The notes under the pieces: generated by a model
What the model was told of the DNA's origin: nothing
The model's input: the letters and a program-made list of their open reading frames with translations, nothing else
Database searches by the model: none
Shown: in pieces, positions 19,990-29,564 of the stretch
Position numbering within the stretch: position 1 is the stretch's first letter
Layout: every line of letters starts with the position of its first letter
IMG/VR virus record: IMGVR_UViG_3300031951_000028
Source: a virus
Strand: one strand, 5' to 3'
DNA length: 64,000 nucleotides
Made by a program: the position numbers and the translations under genes

Positions 19990-20286
19990 TTAACGGTGCC
20001 CGCCCCGAATCTGTGCTGCTGTATCGTCAAAAACACGCCAAGCGTTAGCTAATGCTGTACCTACTCTCGCATCGTCGTAATAGATGCCAGTTTGCTCCAC
20101 TTCCTCGATAAAATGTCGAAATTCAGTAAGCAGCCTTTCAATTTTACAATTAACTTCCTCCCGCTCCGCCTTCCGTCCGGCAGTGTAGGCCGCTTGCCAA
20201 AACTGCCACGCAAAAATGTCGTCGCAAGATACCCTATACTCCTTAGCCCGCTTCTCAAACTTCGCTCGCATCTTGTCGTCGCTCAT
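19990..20286 (-). CDS. Hypothetical protein
   Basis: ORF track; AW..WQAA motif common in small phage proteins. Confidence 0.6.
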   Translation of the reverse strand: MSDDKMRAKFEKRAKEYRVSCDDIFAWQFWQAAYTAGRKAEREEVNCKIERLLTEFRHFIEEVEQTGIYYDDARVGTALANAWRVFDDTAAQIRGGHR

Positions 20287-20944
20287 TCGCCCCCATCCTT
20301 ATCACTTGAAATATCTTTCCGTGCCAAATACTTTGCGATTGCCGTTCCAAGCTGAAACGCACAAACTGTCGATACACCAATGGCTAATCCTGTTATAAAC
20401 GCATGGATTACTGACTGATACATTCCTCATCCTTTCCGCAGCGTGCGTCAGGCCACTCGCTTCATTGTTTTATTGCACTTGTGGCACTTTGGCTTTACAC
20501 CGTTCCACGCCCGCTCTGTGCGTTTGCACTTCGGGCACTTGTAGGTAGCTCCATTCATCTGCTTCGGCACATTAACCTCCCGAGCTAGAGAACAACGCGG
20601 CCCGCTTCGCCGCGTTCGCCTAGCCCAAATTTGACTTATACTGCACCGAAATGAAAAAGATGACCCAGAACACGCATTTTCAAAAATAACGCATTCTGGG
20701 TCAAATTTGACGGCTTTATGAGCACTTTAGGCTCGCTTAGCCAAATCCCTGACAGGAAACCATTCATTATGACCAGTGACCCAAAGACAAACTTTGGATT
20801 CTTTAGTCTCTCGGTTGGTTAATACCCGAGGTTCCGTCATGATTTTTCCGTTGGTGCCAGTGCTCTTTACGAACACTTTTCGGCCAATTGGAAGATTTTC
20901 ACTGACCCATTCCAAATCTTTAGTGATTTTTTCTGAGTTTGTGC

Positions 20945-21283
20945 TCATTCGTATCTTTTCCTTTGAATAACATTGTGGATTTGTTGCATTTGGCAAAACC
21001 TCTCAAGAATATGATAATCCCACCTTTCTTGAAAATGCTTCAAATACAGATTATTTACTCTGTTAAGTTCTTTGAAAGCTTTTTTGGGATTATTTTCCTT
21101 TTTGAATACTTCATCAGTTTGATGGAAATATTCTTTTCGCAGTTCAATAATATCCATATAGTCTTCTACATGAATATTGAACTTACGGAGCTTTGCCCCT
21201 CGTGTTTTTAGTACTACTGCGAGGATTCCCATGGCTCTCCCTTTTTTAGACATTTTGGGGTAACTTGATTCATCCAATTCCAC
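20945..21283 (-). CDS. Hypothetical protein
   Basis: ORF track. Confidence 0.5.
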   Translation of the reverse strand: MELDESSYPKMSKKGRAMGILAVVLKTRGAKLRKFNIHVEDYMDIIELRKEYFHQTDEVFKKENNPKKAFKELNRVNNLYLKHFQERWDYHILERFCQMQQIHNVIQRKRYE

Positions 21284-21385
21284 AAGTCAGCAGGTTTGCC
21301 CTGCTTAACTAACTTACTAGCTCCTTCAACAATCTTCCCATTCTTATCACGCGGATAAAGAACAAGGGTCGGCTTGGGGCTAGTT

Positions 21386-21916
21386 TCAGCTTTGGACATA
21401 CATTCTTCCTTTTTCTGAATCAAACACTTTTTCAAATGAGACACGAGACCCGTTTTTAATTACGAACCAATTGCGAGGAAAGCGGCCCTCTGTGGCATTT
21501 ACATACACTTCCCACATTTCATCTTGGCTCCATCCAGCATGCCCCGTGCCAATCGGAGCAATTAAAAAATTGAGGAAGGGCTTCCTTTTTGTATACGAAT
21601 ACAGCTCTTTAAGCTGTGCCTCTATTTCTTCAAGTGGCACGCTGCGGGGTTGGACTGCTGTAGTACACGTGAGGATACCCCACCCAATTCCATCTGTTCC
21701 AGCCATTAGCCCGCTGGATATTCGAAGGACAGCAAACAACCCTCTAACGCGATTGCCACTGTTCCATTGATTTTGAAATTTTTTATTATTTTCCCATCCT
21801 GATGCTCTGCCCATATAAGCCCATCCGGCACTACCAGCCCCATGAAAACCATTTTCATTTGTTTGAAAAACGAAAATATCTCTATGTCCAATAGCACCCA
21901 ATGCGGGCAGTTCCAT
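21386..21916 (-). CDS. Macro-domain-like phage protein (A1S_2505-like)
   Basis: IFVF.TN..G.HGAG.A and IGTGHAGW motifs. Confidence 0.6.
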   Translation of the reverse strand: MELPALGAIGHRDIFVFQTNENGFHGAGSAGWAYMGRASGWENNKKFQNQWNSGNRVRGLFAVLRISSGLMAGTDGIGWGILTCTTAVQPRSVPLEEIEAQLKELYSYTKRKPFLNFLIAPIGTGHAGWSQDEMWEVYVNATEGRFPRNWFVIKNGSRVSFEKVFDSEKGRMYVQS

Positions 21917-22097
21917 TTTATTCACTTCATTTGTTAGAGTAAAACAATGTAAGAAAAAAAAGGGTACTAAGCGTATATATGTGTTCACCGCCGTTCCCCT
22001 CTGATAAACTATAGTTTGTATCCAGTAGTTTCTTCAATATGAATGAGAATCATTTTGAAGATTGTAAAGAATACAATGAGTGGTAGGATAAACACTA

Positions 22098-22754
22098 CTA
22101 CTCGTCGCTGTCACCATCATCTTCGAGCGAGGCGAACAACTGTCCGAGAGTGTCCAGTCCCAATCCCGGTACCGACTCATCACCCTTCGAGTAAAGGATG
22201 TCGTCTAACCCATCAGCCTTCGCACGTCCCGGAGTCCAGTAGGTACCATCTTCGGAAGCACCAACAAAGCTGAGAATCGATTGCGACTCAGATTGAATCG
22301 CTTGCAGCTTTGGAATCTGAATCTTCATGGACTGGACCGTGTTCCGCCACATTTCTGACAGCGAAACCTTTTGTGCCTCAGCCGACGCGTGCAACTTGTT
22401 CATGAGAACTTCGTCGCCAATCTTGTCCTGCAACTCTTGGACAGTCCCAATCGCGGTGAGAGCCTCGAACTTCTCCAACTTTGCACTTGACAGTTGGTTG
22501 CGACGAATGGCTCGTGGGATAATACCCTCTGCCTTCGGGTTCGCTTCGTTCTTGGTAAAAATCTTGCGATAGAGTGCTTCAGCTACCGCCTGCCGGTCGT
22601 CATCCTTCAGTTCACGGTCGACAAACGTTGACTTGAGATAGTCAATCGCGTCCTTCTTGGACATGTCACCACGCTTCATCGCAGTGTACGATTCGAGAAG
22701 CTGCTCGTTAGAAACCTTGTTCACGTGAATGCTGTTTTTGCCTTTACGGGCCAT
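22098..22754 (-). CDS. Hypothetical protein (GC-rich codon usage)
   Basis: Long clean ORF with an acidic tail. Confidence 0.7.
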   Translation of the reverse strand: MARKGKNSIHVNKVSNEQLLESYTAMKRGDMSKKDAIDYLKSTFVDRELKDDDRQAVAEALYRKIFTKNEANPKAEGIIPRAIRRNQLSSAKLEKFEALTAIGTVQELQDKIGDEVLMNKLHASAEAQKVSLSEMWRNTVQSMKIQIPKLQAIQSESQSILSFVGASEDGTYWTPGRAKADGLDDILYSKGDESVPGLGLDTLGQLFASLEDDGDSDE

Positions 22755-23309
22755 GTGTGTAACCTTTGTAACAGATGTGAAAAACCAAAACAAAACTCAA
22801 AAATCAAAATCAACCATCGACCAATTTCTTACACTTTCAATTCTCCTTTTGACGAAGATACAACTTGCCACCACCTTTCACACGAAGATAGTGCAAATTT
22901 GTTAACTTACAGTCGCACAAATCCACCATCATCTGATGGTCTTCAACACTTTCAGGAAACTCCAATTTTACTGTCACTGGTGGATTATACAATCTCAAAG
23001 AAAGCTCATTATCTTGAATGTTCGTTTTCAACACTCCAATCTTACACGCCACTTCCAATATTGTTGCTGTCATTTTCTTTTTCCTTAAAACACTGACAAC
23101 CAATAAATTTATTTTTCTTTAATATTTCTTTTATTGTATTATCAGCTTCTTTAATTGTTTTTGCGACACACTCAAAAACTAATTTTTTATTTTCCCACCC
23201 GCCAGCATTATCATAATATTTAAATTTCATTTTTTTTCCTTTTTATTAAATCGCCCGACGATACACTACTTTTCATTTTTTTATTTTTATTTTTTTATTT
23301 TTTTATTTT

Positions 23310-23455
23310 TTCAGCGACCGCCAGAGGAACGGTGCGAGGCTTTGCGAGCACTCGTTCAGCCGGCAGCGGTCGCAATGGCCGGCCTAGCGACGACCCCCTG
23401 GATAGGGGGTCTAGCATTGGGGGTCGAGTCGAGACCGCAGACGAGGCTTTGCGAG
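23310..23455. repeat. ~140-bp structured element, copy 2
   Basis: Direct repeat of 16029-16170 with stem-preserving changes. Confidence 0.85.
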
Positions 23456-23584
23456 TCAAGGTCGAGACTTGCTTTTCCGCGTCGCATATTGATAAAAATA
23501 ATCTCAAAATAATACAGAAAATATATTAGAGGAAAAATTCCCGCCGTAAAGGCTGTTCAAGGGCTGTTAAAATTCCCTTAAGTC

Positions 23585-23600
23585 CGGCACGCTGTTTGCT
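23585..23600 (+). promoter_or_regulatory. Sigma54-type -24/-12 promoter
   Basis: CGGCACGCTGTTTGCT matches TGGCACG-N4-TTGCW, about 60 bp before the first plus-strand gene. Confidence 0.6.
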
Positions 23601-23662
23601 CTATAGTGGCCCGGCAAGTGCCGCATTTCCATTTTATAAATAAAAATAATAAATAAAATAAT

Positions 23663-24349
23663 ATGCAAAATAATAATTTTATTGTAGATAAAGTTCATGG
23701 TGAATTGTATAATAATATTTTATACTTTACCTTGGAAAAACGCGAAAGTTTAGAATATTTGTGGAATTTTCGTATCGAAAAGTCAAAGTTTAACAATAAT
23801 TTTGATAAATTTGCTAAGTTTTGCCGCGAAGTTACTAAAAAGACGGCCACGGAACTTAATAAGTACGTGGAAAATAAGGAAAAACTGCTCCCTATATTAG
23901 AATATAGTGGAAATAGCCCGCAAAAGTTAGAAATTCAGGCCAAACTTAATAAAATTATGCAAAATTTTGCTGAAATGGGCTTATTCCCATTAAAGCGTGT
24001 AGTTAAGTATAATCATATCCCGCTCAAGAAAAATATTACTGGATATGCTATCTTAGCTACTTCTACTTATAGTAATCAGTCTCATAATATTAATGCTGAG
24101 TATGAGCATCCGCGTGTTGCTATTGTAGAAGAAGAAAATAAAGAAGATAAAAAAGTTAGCTGGGAAATGGCCCCTCCCAAAAGAAAAGCCCCACGTAAGC
24201 GGCAATATACTAAAAGACGTGGGCCTTCTACTAATAATAAATATTTCACTATTGATACCCGCAGCTTAATTAAAGAAGATGAAGCTATGGGTATTGCTTA
24301 TAATGCAGAAAAGAATAATAGTATTAGTAAGTTGCTAGAGGATTTATAA
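23663..24349 (+). CDS. Hypothetical 228-aa protein heading the microprotein operon
   Basis: ORF track; its TAA overlaps the ATG of the first microprotein. Confidence 0.7.
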   Translation: MQNNNFIVDKVHGELYNNILYFTLEKRESLEYLWNFRIEKSKFNNNFDKFAKFCREVTKKTATELNKYVENKEKLLPILEYSGNSPQKLEIQAKLNKIMQNFAEMGLFPLKRVVKYNHIPLKKNITGYAILATSTYSNQSHNINAEYEHPRVAIVEEENKEDKKVSWEMAPPKRKAPRKRQYTKRRGPSTNNKYFTIDTRSLIKEDEAMGIAYNAEKNNSISKLLEDL

Positions 24350-24510
24350 TGGAATATAAAATTTCAGCCAGATTCTCAGATGCTAAAATGTTTATAATAT
24401 TAACGTGCAGCTCAGATAAATTAGTAGATGTAATTAGATTGAAAAGAAATCTTATATGTCGTTGGCTTATGAATAGTTTAATTATCAGAAAATATGAGAA
24501 TTTTAATTAA
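24349..24510 (+). CDS. Array microprotein MEYKISARFSDAKMFIILTCSSDKLVDVIRLKRNLICRW...
   Basis: Hand translation, 53 aa. Confidence 0.65.
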   Translation: MEYKISARFSDAKMFIILTCSSDKLVDVIRLKRNLICRWLMNSLIIRKYENFN

Positions 24511-24655
24511 ATACCGCAATTCCCGCATTTATTTATTTTTTAAAGATGAAAAAATGCGCAATATGGCATATACAAAACGTGGCATGATAAATTATCCCCA
24601 CCAAAGATTTTTCCTATTTACTCGCGGTGAATATGAGAGTATATGCACAAAATAA
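24494..24655 (+). CDS. Array microprotein MRILIKYRNSRIYLFFKDEKMRNMAYTKRGMINYP...
   Basis: Hand translation, 53 aa. Confidence 0.6.
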   Translation: MRILIKYRNSRIYLFFKDEKMRNMAYTKRGMINYPHQRFFLFTRGEYESICTK

Positions 24656-24792
24656 ATGTTAATTTTGACTCATGGGCGAATAGTTTTTGTCTGAAAACAG
24701 AAGATAAAATTATAATGGGTATGATAGTATTTAAAAGAATCATAATAATGCATCCACATATATCTAGTATTTATCTTTTAAAAACAATTTAA
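24643..24792 (+). CDS. Array microprotein MHKINVNFDSWANSFCLKTEDKIIMGMIVFKRIII...
   Basis: 49 aa; paralog of 26506. Confidence 0.65.
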   Translation: MHKINVNFDSWANSFCLKTEDKIIMGMIVFKRIIIMHPHISSIYLLKTI

Positions 24793-24793
24793 A

Positions 24794-24946
24794 ATGGATA
24801 AAATTCAAGTATATTATTCAGTAAGCCTAAAATGGTTTATATTGAAATATAGTTGCAAAAAAACCGCAGATGCTTTAAAAGATAGAATATATCTAATACA
24901 TATAGATACTCCAGTCTTATCAATGCGCCGCATACTTAAAGACTAA
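24794..24946 (+). CDS. Array microprotein MDKIQVYYSVSLKWFILKYSCKKTADALKDRIYLI...
   Basis: 50 aa. Confidence 0.6.
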   Translation: MDKIQVYYSVSLKWFILKYSCKKTADALKDRIYLIHIDTPVLSMRRILKD

Positions 24947-24949
24947 ATT

Positions 24950-25099
24950 ATGATTACAATAGTTCAAGACGAATCTACTCTAACGGCAATAAGCAAATAT
25001 AAATATATATCTTTAATCATGGGGATGAAGTTATTAATATTATCTAATACTGATAAGCTTATTGTTAAGGGCGGCGCTATTTTAGTTGAAATTGAATAA
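24950..25099 (+). CDS. Array microprotein MITIVQDESTLTAISKYKYISLIMGMKLLIL...
   Basis: 49 aa. Confidence 0.55.
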   Translation: MITIVQDESTLTAISKYKYISLIMGMKLLILSNTDKLIVKGGAILVEIE

Positions 25100-25101
25100 A
25101 T

Positions 25102-25251
25102 ATGTCAAATAAAATCATTGTTAGATACACCAGCAACCTTGATTTAATATCAATAATTTTCCCAGAAGATAAGATTTTTATGGTCGAAATATTACTAGAA
25201 AAACGGGCCGCAATTTCTCCTTTAGAAATAGCATTTTTAATTCAGACTTAA
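25102..25251 (+). CDS. Array microprotein MSNKIIVRYTSNLDLISIIFPEDKIFMVEILLEKRAAISP...
   Basis: 49 aa. Confidence 0.6.
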   Translation: MSNKIIVRYTSNLDLISIIFPEDKIFMVEILLEKRAAISPLEIAFLIQT

Positions 25252-25402
25252 AATAAATAGTCAAACTCAAACCACACTTTACGCCCGCCGAATTAAAGTA
25301 TGGCGTATGTATAAATATATACCTAGAAACAGTAGATTGGCATACTCTTGCAAGAAAAATTGCCACTATTGTAACATTTGATTATTATACTAGAATAATA
25401 AC

Positions 25403-25546
25403 ATGGCCAAGCCCATAAGAGTAAAATACTATCAATATACTTATCATTCTGATAGATATTTATATTTATCAATAAAAGATAAAGATATGTGGTTAAAAAT
25501 AAGGGCTAAAATAATTTGTATAAAGAATATCAGGTTTATAATATAA
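25403..25546 (+). CDS. Array microprotein MAKPIRVKYYQYTYHSDRYLYLSIKDKDMWLKIRAKIICI...
   Basis: 47 aa. Confidence 0.6.
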   Translation: MAKPIRVKYYQYTYHSDRYLYLSIKDKDMWLKIRAKIICIKNIRFII

Positions 25547-25585
25547 GTAAAAGGGACGCGGCCCGTAGATTTTTGACTGAATAAG

Positions 25586-25750
25586 ATGATTAATACTATA
25601 TATATAGATATAAACCCTCCAGGTATAGATTTACATATAAACAGTGAATCATTATTAAATACTATAACTCATAAAATACGTTGTCTTGGATATATGGAAA
25701 CTCCTCTTTATGTAAGATATCATGATAAACACTGTATATATAGACAATAA
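25586..25750 (+). CDS. Array microprotein, GID subfamily (MINTIYIDINPPGIDLHI...)
   Basis: 54 aa; clear paralog of 25722. Confidence 0.7.
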   Translation: MINTIYIDINPPGIDLHINSESLLNTITHKIRCLGYMETPLYVRYHDKHCIYRQ

Positions 25751-25940
25751 AGGTACAGGGATAGATATAGCCTGTACTGATAATACACTGGAGTTTGCAA
25801 ACAATATAAGGAAGAAATACCGTTTAATCCGAAATGGCCCGGTTATATCATTTAAAAATACACTCTATATTTTTTATTTTACTGAAGAAATGATGGAAAA
25901 AGCGCGGGAAAATGGCACTATTTATGAAAAACACGCGTAA
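25722..25940 (+). CDS. Array microprotein, GID subfamily (MINTVYIDNKGTGIDIAC...)
   Basis: ORF track, 72 aa. Confidence 0.7.
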   Translation: MINTVYIDNKGTGIDIACTDNTLEFANNIRKKYRLIRNGPVISFKNTLYIFYFTEEMMEKARENGTIYEKHA

Positions 25941-26335
25941 ATGAAGGGGATTTCGCGTTGATGAAGTTGGGCCCATAAATGATTATTATATACTTATCCC
26001 TATCCCCTCCCCCTCCCATAGGTTATTCTCCCCTTTATATATTCTATATATTGTATGGTATAATAGAGTATTATTCCCCTAGTAATATAATGATATATTC
26101 CCTGTGTTTTTGGGGGTAAAATGGGGAAATAGGTATTAGCTTTATGCAATATTTTAAAGTCGTTTTTCTCTATGGTATGGGCTATATTTTATACTGCCCG
26201 CACGACCAATATGCTATAAATTTACAGACAAAAAATTATTACGTATTTCCTAATCTATATTTAATTATATCAAAAGAGATATATAATAACACGATGAACA
26301 AAAGAATTATTTAACCAATTACCTATAATTCATTT

Positions 26336-26509
26336 ATGAAAATTAAAGTAAAAATAATCTACTTACTAAATCTTCGTTTTTGGACGCTTGATATCTACGG
26401 GCCGAGAAATTTTATAAAAAAAATGGAAGTAAAAAGGGGTTTGATGACTTCTTTTAATAAAACTTGTAGTATGTTAAATATTAATTTATTTTATTATAGA
26501 GATCAATGA
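26336..26509 (+). CDS. Array microprotein, GP subfamily (…LDIYGPRNFIKKMEVKRGLM…)
   Basis: 57 aa. Confidence 0.65.
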   Translation: MKIKVKIIYLLNLRFWTLDIYGPRNFIKKMEVKRGLMTSFNKTCSMLNINLFYYRDQ

Positions 26510-26667
26510 AAATAAAAGTTGAATTTGACTTACATGCAAATTGTTTTTGGCTCTCACCAAATAATAAATATGTATTGTCTATTATTATAGCTAAAAGATA
26601 TTTGATATGCAGCTGGAATACTCATGGGATTTTCCTTATGAATAAAAATTATGAATGCCAGATATAA
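26506..26667 (+). CDS. Array microprotein MKIKVEFDLHANCFWLSPNNKYVLSIIIAKRYLICSW...
   Basis: 53 aa; ATGA overlap. Confidence 0.65.
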   Translation: MKIKVEFDLHANCFWLSPNNKYVLSIIIAKRYLICSWNTHGIFLMNKNYECQI

Positions 26668-27370
26668 TAGAAAAATAAAAGCTTTTATAATAACTTTTAA
26701 TAAAAAGACCGGGGCGTATGCGAAAAACCTCTATCAGAAAAGGTTATTTCTTTATAAAACAGGAGCTGGTTTGAAAATATACGCAGAATATAAAAAATAA
26801 ATTATGAGAACAAGTAAAATATATGTAAGTTGGGATTATAATGTAAAATGTTATAGATTCGATGACCGTGATGGAGTATATATGTGGTTAATAGGGATGG
26901 TCAGGATTAAAAGAACATTCATTACCAAACACCATATCGGCCGCCACTCTTATCTTCATTTTCGCTAATGAATACAATACGGTTTAAATATTATAAAGCG
27001 CTCCGCTTATTCTTTTTTTACTTTCAAAACAAAAAACATGCAGAAAGTTTTAAAATAAAAAGTTATTTAATTGGTCGTTTTAAGATACACTCTCAATATG
27101 AAAATGATTTGGAATCTATATAATATTGACGCATCCTTCTGCGATTATGGTTGATTTTATTAGAAAGAAAAAGAATATGATAAACTGGTTTGTACGCTTG
27201 GGCGTATCGCAGAAACACAAACAAACATAATATGTTTTCAATAATTAATAATAAGTCAAGTTTAATCCTTATAACAATAGATAATTTAAAATATTATTAT
27301 ATAGTTTTAAATAAACTGACTGCAATGGTGGATAATTCTATTGTTCTAGAATATAGAAGCCCTAAGATAT

Positions 27371-27541
27371 ATGGCCGCAAGTAGTCAAACTCAAAACTCA
27401 CTTATCGCTTCCAGTATTAGAGTGTTGTGTTATGGCAAGTATTTATATTTAGAATCATTAGATTGGCTTAAAATTGATAATAAAATTGAATATATCAGGA
27501 AAAACAGAGGCGTAAGTAAAATAATGGCGTGGCCAAAATGA
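27371..27541 (+). CDS. Array microprotein (…YGKYLYLESLDWLKIDNKIEYI…MAWPK)
   Basis: 56 aa; paralog of the ATG-less frame at ~25257-25418. Confidence 0.6.
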   Translation: MAASSQTQNSLIASSIRVLCYGKYLYLESLDWLKIDNKIEYIRKNRGVSKIMAWPK

Positions 27542-27661
27542 TTAAAATAGACCGAGTTCATTATTATATACGTCTTAATATAACAGATAATAGATATATG
27601 TGTGGTTTATTATTTGCCCGCCTATTTTTGATTAAATATACTAAAATTCTAACAGAATCAT

Positions 27662-27850
27662 ATGATTGAACTAATAAATGTAAGAATTAGGCCGCGAAGA
27701 GGAATAGATTTATTGATATCTGTGGATTTTAAATGGTTTTATCAAAATATGAACAGTAAAATAATGTGTATTGAATATACTAAAACTGTTAATATATATC
27801 CATATTGGCCAATGTTCTCCGCGAGGCCATGCTCTCCGCGAGTCAAATAA
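27662..27850 (+). CDS. Array microprotein, GID subfamily
   Basis: RGIDLLI...NSKIMCI. Confidence 0.65.
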   Translation: MIELINVRIRPRRGIDLLISVDFKWFYQNMNSKIMCIEYTKTVNIYPYWPMFSARPCSPRVK

Positions 27851-28143
27851 AAGATAGACAAAATGTATATAAAAACTGATGGTGGTATAGGTATAGATAT
27901 ATATCTTAGTGAAGGGTGGACGAAAGTTACAGAGATGTTTTGGAAAAAGAAAAAACTTATCTATAGATTTACCTCAATATATTTTCATTCAAAAGATATA
28001 TGATTAAAGTAAAATTAGTAGATAGGCCTTATTCATTTATGATTCACTATATAGGGCCGCGAGATTCAATACGTCAAATATATTATAAAATAAATAAAAT
28101 CGGCTATTTTTCTAATTTATATTATAGTTGGTAGTGATATTAA

Positions 28144-28338
28144 ATGTATATTTCCTTTCCATCATCTGGTTATTATGTTCCTATAAATACTGGACATCTT
28201 AAATATATCGAACATCCAATATATTTTAATCTTATTTGGACCGATTCTGGCATGTATTATAAAAATATAATAGCCAAAAAAATAATACTTATTGCCCCAA
28301 GCCAAGATTGTAAGTTTATGAATTATTTTTATGAATAA
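28144..28338 (+). CDS. Array microprotein, GYY-HPI subfamily
   Basis: Paralog of 28719, 29061 and 29225. Confidence 0.7.
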   Translation: MYISFPSSGYYVPINTGHLKYIEHPIYFNLIWTDSGMYYKNIIAKKIILIAPSQDCKFMNYFYE

Positions 28339-28498
28339 TTTTCCACAAAAGTGTGTTAAAATAACAAAATCTATTTTACATGGTAGCTCTACAGAGGTCT
28401 TATTCATCGATGGGCCTAAGAATTTTATAAAAATGATAAAAAGAAAAGAAAATATGATATCTGATCTCCTGACCGGTCTAGAGTATCATGTCTATTAA
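28331..28498 (+). CDS. Array microprotein, KE.I(S)..GL.Y subfamily
   Basis: LFIDGPKNFIKMIKRKENMISDLLTGLEYH. Confidence 0.7.
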   Translation: MNNFPQKCVKITKSILHGSSTEVLFIDGPKNFIKMIKRKENMISDLLTGLEYHVY

Positions 28499-28570
28499 AA
28501 AAATTGAAGTAGAGAAAATGTATTTATAAATATGGATCTGTTATAAGTAAAACCACAATGATTGAAACCA

Positions 28571-28729
28571 ATGATTAGAATTACAAAAGAAAAGCTTTTA
28601 AGCTGGTCTAAAGAAATGTTATTTCTGGAAGCTTGTAATAAAAAAGGTGAGCAATTAGTAGAAATTATAGATAAAAAAGAAAATATAATTTCTATAAGAT
28701 TAAGTGGGTTAAATTATTATGTTAAATAA
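28571..28729 (+). CDS. Array microprotein, KE.I(S)..GL.Y subfamily
   Basis: EMLFLEA...DKKENIISIRLSGLNYY. Confidence 0.7.
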   Translation: MIRITKEKLLSWSKEMLFLEACNKKGEQLVEIIDKKENIISIRLSGLNYYVK

Positions 28730-28916
28730 AATGTTTATAAAATTTGGCTCCACATCTTATTATGTAACTCAAATAACTGGACCATATTATGTCTTAATAA
28801 GACATCCGATATGTATTTATTTTATAAAAGATGGTCAAACACACATGGCTAAACTTTTATTATTTTCAAAATTAAGAGCGATTCTTAAAAAAGACTCTAA
28901 GATTAGAATCTATTAA
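28719..28916 (+). CDS. Array microprotein, GYY-HPI subfamily
   Basis: ORF track. Confidence 0.7.
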   Translation: MLNKMFIKFGSTSYYVTQITGPYYVLIRHPICIYFIKDGQTHMAKLLLFSKLRAILKKDSKIRIY

Positions 28917-29224
28917 TATGTATTATTTTAAAATAGATTTTTGTAAAATGTGGTGCGAATGTGCACGGCCAATATTTTATATTAAAAATTATCAAAGTAG
29001 ATGCAACTTAGTTGCAAAATTATCTTATATAAAAATAAATATAGATATATGTGATATAAAATGCGAGTAATATATTATTCACCTGGCGTATATTATTTTG
29101 GTGATAGATGGCAATATCTACAATATCCACTAGTAATTAATACTAATGATTATTACAGTTATTATTTATTTGTAAAACTGACAAAAATTGCATATTTTAA
29201 ATCTAAAATCTTAATAAAAACTTT

Positions 29225-29407
29225 ATGAAAATATCTTTTATTCATACTGGATATTATCTTGCAATATTTAATTGGGGCTATATAAATTATCCAATACGTA
29301 TTTTAATTAGAAAAACTAATTCAGTTGATATATATGCTATATCAAAAATGAGAGAGATTATGCGTTCTGACTGTAAAATTATTATTACTTATGAAGTAGA
29401 TGATTAA
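29225..29407 (+). CDS. Array microprotein, GYY-HPI subfamily
   Basis: ORF track. Confidence 0.7.
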   Translation: MKISFIHTGYYLAIFNWGYINYPIRILIRKTNSVDIYAISKMREIMRSDCKIIITYEVDD

Positions 29408-29564
29408 AGTAACAAGAAGACTAGTATATGGGTTTTCAAGCAATAGAGAAACTTTATTTCTTGATGGTCCCCGTGAGTTAATGAACATCTTACTAAAAAA
29501 AGAAAAGATAATATCTCAGCGCTATAGTGGATTGGATTATTATACTTATTATGGTAGTAAATAA
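29400..29564 (+). CDS. Array microprotein, KE.I(S)..GL.Y subfamily
   Basis: ETLFLDGPRELMNILLKKEKIISQRYSGLDYY. Confidence 0.7.
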   Translation: MIKVTRRLVYGFSSNRETLFLDGPRELMNILLKKEKIISQRYSGLDYYTYYGSK

